A stretch of 64,000 bases of DNA from the human T2T-CHM13v2.0 reference genome, Homo sapiens: the NCBI RefSeq assembly GCF_009914755.1, contig NC_060925.1. One strand, 5' to 3'. Below the pieces are notes generated by a model. It was not told the origin of the DNA. It saw only the letters and a list, made by a program, of their open reading frames with translations, and did not search any database. The translations under genes were made by a program, and so were the position numbers. Every line of letters starts with the position of its first letter. The first letter of the stretch is position 1. Positions 49,441 through 64,000 of this stretch are shown in pieces.

Positions 49441-50144
49441 AAGGCAGATAGTTGGAATAAAATTCATCCAGCTTGAAAAGTGTGGAATCCAGTGGAGCTT
49501 CATTAAAAATTTAGAACACAGGTATATGAACCTTAAAATCAGTTCTTAGGGATTAACAGTTCTTAAAATCAGTTCTTAGGAATGCATAATATTAAGCACC
49601 ACATCCCAGGTCCAGGAACAATTTTTGTCATCTTTATATTCACACTTAATTTTTCTGTGTCTCTTGACCTCAAAGATAAGTGTATTCCTCCTGAAAGACT
49701 TCCACATTTTTGGTGACACCAGTTTCCACATTGGTCATGGTGAATAGCTTAAGACTGACTCTGAAAGGCACATGAAATTGCAGTTCTTCAGTTAAGCCTA
49801 ATAATAAAGTGAATGTGGATTTACCCAAAAATTGCATTATCACTATATTGCGAGGAAGGAGAGGGAACAGTGAGCCATGTGAATGTGTTAAAATCCTCAT
49901 AATAATCCTCATTAAATTTATCATAATCATCAGTCAGTGAATAATATCTAAAATTGAGTAATCAAGATATAACACTATACACATATTAGTTTATTTTTTT
50001 TTTTTAATTTTTTTTTTTTTATTATACTCTAAGTTTTAGGGTACATGTGCACATTGTGCAGGTTAGTTACATATGTATACATGTGCCATGCTGGTGCGCT
50101 GCACCCACTAACGTGTCATCTAGCATTAGGTATATCTCCCAATG

Positions 50145-54077
<3,933 letters not shown>

Positions 54078-54116
54078 TCATTAGTTGATGCAGTTTCTTC
54101 CTAGTCTCGATGGTCT

Positions 54117-55133
54117 TTACATTTTGGCATGATTTTGCAGCGGCTGGTACCGGTTGTTCCTTTCCATGTTTAGCGCTTCCTTCAGGAGCTCTTTTAGGGC
54201 AGGCCTGGTGGTGACAAAATCTCTCAGCATTTGCTTGTCTATAAAGTATTTTATTTCTCCTTCACTTATGAAGCTTAGTTTGGCTGGATATGAAATTCTG
54301 GGTTGAAAATTCTTTTCTTTAAGAATGTTGAATATTGGCCCCCACTCTCTTCTGGCTTGTAGGGTTTCTGCCGAGAGATCCGCTGTTAGTCTGATGGGCT
54401 TTCCTTTGAGGGTAACCCGACCTTTCTCTCTGGCTGCCCTTAACATTTTTTCCTTCATTTCAACTTTGGTGAATCTGACAATTATGTGTCTTGGAGTTGC
54501 TCTTCTCGAGGAGTATCTTTGTGGCGTTCTCTGTATTTCCTGAATCTGAACGTTGGCCTGCCTTGCTAGATTGGGGAAGTTCTCCTGGATAATATCCTGC
54601 AGAGTGTTTTCCAACTTGGTTCCATTCTCCACATCACTTTCAGGTACACCAATCAGACGTAGATTTGGTCTTTTCACATAGTCCCATATTTCTTGGAGGC
54701 TTTGCTCATTTCTTTTTATTCTTTTTTCTCTAAACTTCCCTTCTCGCTTCATTTCATTCATTTCATCTTCCATCGCTGATACCCTTTCTTCCAGTTGATC
54801 GCATCGGCTCCTGAGGCTTCTGCATTCTTCACGTAGTTCTCGAGCCTTGGTTTTCAGCTCCATCAGCTCCTTTAAGCACTTCTCTGTATTGGTTATTCTA
54901 GTTATACATTCTTCTAAATTTTTTTCAAAGTTTTCAACTTCTTTGCCTTTGGTTTGAATGTCCTCCCGTAGCTCAGAGTAATTTGATCGTCTGAAGCCTT
55001 CTTCTCTCAGCTCGTCAAAATCATTCTCCATCCAGCTTTGTTCTGTTGCTGGTGAGGAACTGCGTTCCTTTGGAGGAGGAGAGGCGCTCTGCGTTTTAGA
55101 GTTTCCAGTTTTTCTGTTCTGTTTTTTCCCCAT
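54117..55133 (-). CDS. L1 ORF1p, 338 aa, intact
   Basis: MGKKQNRK...NHAKM; REKG, ARR and YPAKLS motifs present; 63 nt spacer to ORF2. Confidence 0.97.
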   Translation of the reverse strand: MGKKQNRKTGNSKTQSASPPPKERSSSPATEQSWMENDFDELREEGFRRSNYSELREDIQTKGKEVENFEKNLEECITRITNTEKCLKELMELKTKARELREECRSLRSRCDQLEERVSAMEDEMNEMKREGKFREKRIKRNEQSLQEIWDYVKRPNLRLIGVPESDVENGTKLENTLQDIIQENFPNLARQANVQIQEIQRTPQRYSSRRATPRHIIVRFTKVEMKEKMLRAAREKGRVTLKGKPIRLTADLSAETLQARREWGPIFNILKEKNFQPRISYPAKLSFISEGEIKYFIDKQMLRDFVTTRPALKELLKEALNMERNNRYQPLQNHAKM

Positions 55134-56039
55134 CTTTGTGGTTTTATCTACTTTTGGTCTTTGATGATGGTGATGTACAGATGGGTTTTCGGTGTAGATG
55201 TCCTTTCTGGTTGTTAGTTTTCCTTCTAACAGACAGGACCCTCAGCTGCAGGTCTGTTGGAATACCCTGCTGTGTGAGGTGTCAGTGTGCCCCTGCTGGG
55301 GGGTGCCTCCCAGTTAGGCTGCTCGGGGGTCAGGGGTCAGGGACCCACTTGAGGAGGCAGTCTGCCCGTTCTCAGATCTCCAGCTGCGTGCTGGGAGAAC
55401 CACTGCTCTCTTCAAAGCTGTCAGACAGGGACACTTAAGTCTGCAGAGGTTACTGCTGTCTTTTTGTTTGTCTGTGCCCTGCCCCCAGAGGTGGAGCCTA
55501 CAGAGGCAGGCAGGCCTCCTTGAGCTGTGGTGGGCTCCACCCAGTTCGAGCTTCCCAGCTGCTTTGTTTACCTAAGCAAGCCTGGGCAATGGCGGGCGCC
55601 CCTCCCCCAGCCTCGTTGCCGCCTTGCCGTTTGATCTCAGACTGCTGTGCTAGCAATCAGCGAGATTCCGTGGGCGTAGGACCCTCTGAGCCAGGTGTGG
55701 GATATAGTCTCGTGGTGCGCCGTTTCTTAAGCCGGTCTGAAAAGCGCAATATTCGGGTGGGAGTGACCCGATTTTCCAGGTGCGTCCGTCACCCCTTTCT
55801 TTGACTCGGAAAGGGAACTCCCTGACCCCTTGCGCTTCCCAGGTGAGGCAATGCCTCGCCCTGCTTCGGCTCGCGCACGGTGCGCACACACACTGGCCTG
55901 CGCCCACTGTCTGGCACTCCCTAGTGAGATGAACCCGGTACCTCAGATGGAAATGCAGAAATCACCCGTCTTCTGCGTCGCTCACGCTGGGAGCTGTAGA
56001 CCGGAGCTGTTCCTATTCGGCCATCTTGGCTCCTCCCCC
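55134..56039. promoter_or_regulatory. L1 5' UTR: internal sense promoter (-), antisense promoter (+), CpG-rich, intact YY1 site at 56019-56027
   Basis: CpG-dense relative to flanks; AAGATGGCC at +13..+21 of the element. Confidence 0.85.
55589..55804 (+). CDS. L1 ORF0, 71 aa, intact (MAGAPPPASLPPCRLISD...RCVRHPFL)
   Basis: ATG in strong Kozak context gcaATGG at 55589; matches primate L1 ORF0; internal donors after 55694 and 55779. Confidence 0.9.
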   Translation: MAGAPPPASLPPCRLISDCCASNQRDSVGVGPSEPGVGYSLVVRRFLSRSEKRNIRVGVTRFSRCVRHPFL

Positions 56040-56998
56040 GGATTATTCTTATTACACATATTAGTTTAATACATGGAGGCTAAGTAGAAGAAGTAGCTAC
56101 AAATTTTGAAAATGTTCGGTCTCTAGGGATGGAAAGAGAAGGTGGCCAGGGGACTTTTTTTTTTTTTAGAATAGCATTCTCACAATGACTAGTATTACTT
56201 TGTTTAAAAATTTTTTAAGTAAAATAAATATTATGGCTTAATACATAGTAGTTCCCCTTCCCAAAAATTTCACATTCATTAAATACATATATTTAAAGAG
56301 CTGATTTCCTTGAGATTAATAATGAGCAAATCTATGAATTATATAGTTCTGCTCTATTGGCAATTTGTGTACTTAAGACTTTTGTGTAGCTAAAACTGGA
56401 CTGAACTCCTAAATCCTGGGTGCTAGTACCTGCAAGTATTACTTGAGCACCGTCTTCCCCATGTAAAAATAGAACATTTCTTAAATTCAACCACGGTTGT
56501 GAAATCCAAGCTTAATTTCATTCACATCAAAAAGCAAGGCAAAACTTTCTTCAAATACAGGGTAAGGCAAATGGAGAATAAAAGTACAAATAACACAGTG
56601 AATAAATCTGCTAATCTTTTCTGATATTAGCTATTAAGTCTACTGTACCTGTTAGAATGTAATCTCAATCAATCAAGGATCTTAACCAGCTTATATTTCT
56701 GGGCCCTAGAAGAAAGCCTGGTATACAGTATGGCAGTGAAATATATTTGTTAATGATTACTCAAATTCAGTAATACTTCATACTGGATATTATACCATTT
56801 AAGAAAAAACTAAATTGGTAGAAATCATTCTAAAATATAATGTGTACTTCCCTGCAAAATAAAGTACAACTTTCCTCTTGAGCCTGTGCTTATTCGTAGG
56901 ACATGTGTGAGTCTTGTTTGTAGGACATATGCTCATTGGTATGCCTATTTATGAGAAATGTGATAGAAAACATACTCAATTTCTTTATTATTTCTCAG

Positions 56999-57138
56999 GC
57001 CTACTACTACTGTGCCATAATAGAGGATGTGATTCTGCGCTTTGCTTGGACTATCCAAATCTCGATTACCTCTACAACTTTGTTGCCTCATTCTGGGGAC
57101 ATCATTGCTACTGTCTTTGCCCCACTTGAGGTTTTCCG
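56999..57138 (+). CDS. XPR1: XPR1 coding exon 13 (140 nt; [22 protein letters not shown]...APLEVFR)
   Basis: Acceptor tttctcag|, donor CG|gtaagc; phase 0 to 2. Confidence 0.97.
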
Positions 57139-57287
57139 GTAAGCAAACTACTGAAAAGTTTATTAAAGATTCTTTTTAACCTAAAAGACACCCAATACTT
57201 ACAAATTAGAATTTATTATAACTTGTACTTGAAAACCTTTAATTTTCCAACTTTTCTCAAATTTCTCCTCAGCCTTAGAATTGGAAA

Positions 57288-57390
57288 ACCATGTTGGCCA
57301 GGCTGATCTCGAACTCTTGACCTCAGTTGATCCACCCACCTCGGCCTCCCAAAGTGCTGGGATTACAGGCGTGAGCTACTGTGCCCGGCC
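57288..57390 (-). mobile_element. Alu left-arm fragment
   Basis: accatgttggccagg...gtgcccggcc, no tail. Confidence 0.85.
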
Positions 57391-57548
57391 CAGAGGTTAA
57401 TTCTTACAAAGTTAAAATAACCATTGATGATGACTTAAAAGCTTCTTTAGAACGGGGTTCCATTGAAAGGATAAGTGGAAATTGGGAGGTAAAATGGCTT
57501 AAAACAGAAATCAATCATTTTTTGCAATTTGGCAGTCTGAGTTATTCA

Positions 57549-57900
<352 letters not shown>

Positions 57901-58049
57901 TTAAATATTCTAAAAAAAAATCAGACAAGATAATCCAAAATCTAAATGAAAACAGGAGCCCCAAGATAAACAGAGCACTAACACTACCTTTGCACTATAG
58001 AAATTTGCCAAATCTGTAGACTTTGAAATTCACTTGTGACTGCCAATTA

Positions 58050-60930
<2,881 letters not shown>

Positions 60931-61499
60931 CTTATCTTAAAAAAAAAAGGCAAATTAGCCAAGAGAAAGAAGGACTAACTTTCAACAGCAACAGTGAAAG
61001 TCAGAAATTATTAAAATGAAATCTTTAATGTGCTGAAAGAAAATAACTGCTTACCTAGACTCTGCCCAGTGTAGATATCTTTCACAAATAAGACGATATA
61101 AAGATATTTTCAGATAGGTGTATAACATTCGTCTAAGTCAAGATCGACAAACACTGCCTGTTAAAATAAGACAGAAGCTGGAAACGGAAGATAAACCTGA
61201 GAGAGAAAGCATGACTCTGGAATCCACCTGCCATCAGAGCTCTCTCCAGACCAGTGCTCCTTCCCTTCCTCACCTTCCTGAATGCCTCGGCCTGGCACCT
61301 GAACTCCCCATCGCTGCTGCCACCTTCCCCCACCCACTTCTTTCTCTTTCATGTGTGCTACTTCATCAATTTTTTAAAAGAAATTCTAGTAAAAAAAGAA
61401 AAATACCTCATGACGATTTTCTTTTTAAAATCATTTGCTTACTAACTAAATCAAATGTTCTATCCCATTTAAAACAAACAAAAAAACCATCTTTAGATC

Positions 61500-63030
61500 A
61501 GTTTTCTCTCTCCAACTACTGCCCATCTTTCTGCTGTCCTTTATAGCAAAACTCTTCAAGAGGCGTCTGCACTTGCTGTCTCCACTCTCACTTCTCTCCC
61601 ATTCTCTTTTTCATTCAAGTATGTATTCCCAATACTCAAACTAAACCACTTTTGTTAATAATCTATAATAATAATATTGTAGTGCCTACTATGTAGCTGA
61701 CAGCATTCTAAGCCTTTTACCTTTATTAAATCCTCACAACAATCTTAGGAAGTAGGTGCTGTTATCATGTCTTTTACTGATGACACTGAAGCATAGGTTA
61801 AGTAACTCATCCAAGGTCATTACAGCTAGCAAGTGGTAGAGCCATGATTTGAATCTAGACAGTCTCCCAGAGCCTGTGCTTTTAGATCGTACTGCCCATT
61901 TTGCTAAATCCCCTTGTCAGTTCTCTGTACTTATTTACCTTACTTTACTTCCCAGCAAAGCACTTTCTTCACTTGACTTCTCAGAAACTACAGTCTCCTG
62001 TCTCACTAGCTATTCCTTGTCCACTCCTTTACTGGTTCTTCCTCCTCCCCCCAAACTTTTAAGTGTTAGAGTGTTCCAGGATTTAATCTTCTGCCCTCTT
62101 GTCTCCTCTAGTTGTATTATTCCTAAACCTATTATGTGAAATACTGTCTTTATGCTATCTCCAGCCATAAACTTTCCCTTGAACTGCAGACTCTCGTCCA
62201 CCTCTCTACTGAATTCTCCCATATCTAATGATTAGCTCTAACCTAACAGGAACAGCCCTGCATCTCTGATCTTAGTAAATGGTGTCACCTTTCCCTTAGA
62301 CCAAAAACCCTAAGACGACTCACATCGCATGTCAGTAAGTCCTGTCAGCTCCATCTTTATAAATAAATCCTTTGTCTGTCTGCTTCTCATCACTTCTGTT
62401 ATTACCACCTTTAAGTCACCATCATCTCTTTTCTGGACTGCTGCAACAGCCCTTCTAATTGGTCTGTCTTCAGCTGTTCTTGTCTCCCTTTGATCTCTTC
62501 ACCATTCAGCAGGACCTTTTTCAAACAAATCACTTCATTCTCCTGTTGTTCTCTCATTGTTCTCCATTAGACCTAAAATTTAAACTATGGGTTATAAGGC
62601 CCTCTGTGGGTGGGCCCTCTTCCACCCCTCCATCATTATCTCCTGCTATTTTAACCTCACTTATTCTTAGCCCCCACTGACCTTGCTGTTGTTTCCAACT
62701 TGCCTTTTTATACTTGCCATTTTCCTCTGCCTGGGATGCTTTCCTCCAGGATTTTTACATGACTTGCTTCTTTGTATCAGTCAGGTTTTCAATAGCTGCC
62801 ATGTCTTCAAAGAAGCTTTCCCTAACCAGTCTTAATGATGGCATACTCTATTCCCTTGTCCTGCTTTATTTTCTTCACAGTAGTTATCATTAGCCGATTG
62901 ATTGTTTACTTGCTCATTGTCTGTCTCCACCACTAGAAATTACACCCCATAAGGGCAAAAAGGCTTTGAGTCATTCTGTGCCTTTACTGCCTTATGGCAG
63001 ACATTCAGTAAATATTTGTCAAATAAGTTG
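61500..63030 (+). mobile_element. L2 fragment with an internal MIR (about 61670-61900)
   Basis: Pyrimidine-rich L2-like sequence ending cagtaaatatttgtcaaat; MIR core ggttaagtaactcatccaaggtca. Confidence 0.55.
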
Positions 63031-63271
63031 AAAGAATGAGCACTCTAAAACTGCATTGCATAAGTCCCTCCCTTTTTCATAGTCTAGTCTTGTTTCCCTT
63101 ACCCCCCCACCACCACCTCCCCGCAACACCATCTTTCCCTATTTTAATATTCAAGCCCTTAATTCTTTGTTTTTGTTTCCATGAGTGGAAACTTGATACA
63201 CTGGGAGGTTTACAGGTAGCAGAAGTATGTTACAATTTCATAAGTACTTTGATCTACCCCATTTTGCTAAG

Positions 63272-63493
63272 GCGATTTGTGTGGAACTTCTTCCGCCTGG
63301 AGAATGAACATCTGAATAACTGTGGTGAATTCCGTGCTGTGCGGGACATCTCTGTGGCCCCCCTGAACGCAGATGATCAGACTCTCCTAGAACAGATGAT
63401 GGACCAGGATGATGGGGTACGAAACCGCCAGAAGAATCGGTCATGGAAGTACAACCAGAGCATATCCCTGCGCCGGCCTCGCCTCGCTTCTCA
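63272..63493 (+). CDS. XPR1: XPR1 coding exon 14 (222 nt; [27 protein letters not shown]...RRPRLASQ)
   Basis: Acceptor attttgctaag|, donor CA|gtatgt; symmetric phase 2-2; EXS signature [14 protein letters not shown]. Confidence 0.96.
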
Positions 63494-64000
63494 GTATGTA
63501 TGGCTTCTACTTCTGTGAGGCATATTTCCTTTGAGTTTTAGCATTGGGTAGCACGTAAGCTAAAAAGCTATCAGGTTGAACCAAATGAAATTGCCAATAC
63601 TCAGCCATTTTTCACCTACAAAAAAACAGTAATAAGCAGCAATTCCATATGATACAACCTATGACTGTCTAAATGAGCACATAGAGTAAATGTCATCAAT
63701 GCATAACCTAGTAATTTGGCACTAAAGATCCACTGTCTGGAGGAAAAGGTTGTTGGAGAGTGATTTATTAATACTTGACTCTTCTGTGTGTTGTGTATGC
63801 AAATAATTTTTATGTTATAAACTTTAGGAATCCTGCCATCTATGCCTTGACCAAATGACTTAATTTCTGTTTTCTGCCCCCATCTGTAAATTGAAATTAA
63901 TATGGTTCTTGCTTATAGGGAGGTTAAGTGGATTATATTCATTATTACATAGAACTTGGACCAGTTCCCTCACAGAAAGAGCCTACTAAGAATAAACTAT

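Noticed and set aside
61118-61546. 142 aa ORF on the + strand in intron 13
   Set aside because: No ATG at the stated start, no recognisable homology, low-complexity composition next to old repeats
63036-63271. Open frame extending 5' of exon 14 (160 aa ORF from ATG 63036)
   Set aside because: The upstream part is pyrimidine-rich intron open by chance; no promoter evidence, and only 63272-63493 matches XPR1

Overview
Human genomic DNA: the 3' half of XPR1 (SLC53A1, phosphate exporter and xenotropic/polytropic retrovirus receptor) on the + strand. Seven coding exons (8-14 by my numbering, c.764-2030, about residues 255-677) have canonical GT-AG boundaries and phases that chain into one open frame. 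The rest is repeat-rich intron. The main feature is a full-length, human-specific pre-Ta L1HS inserted antisense in intron 12. It has an intact ORF1, an ORF2 whose stop codon is lost (27 extra residues), an intact ORF0, a 15-16 bp TSD and 13 extra nt at its 5' end. Its antisense promoter points at XPR1 exons 13-14, and one ORF0 splice donor is in frame with exon 14. Other notable items: an apparent retrocopied mRNA 3' end interrupted by a 5'-inverted L1PA lacking about 1.9 kb, a 165 bp local duplication embedded in a (TA)n microsatellite, and a young AluYb8 inside a MER34-like LTR. I found no wholly new biological system; the best candidates are L1-XPR1 chimeric transcripts. Gene, repeat-family and consensus comparisons come from memory, not from database searches. 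Most short ORFs in the track are Alu/L1 artefacts.
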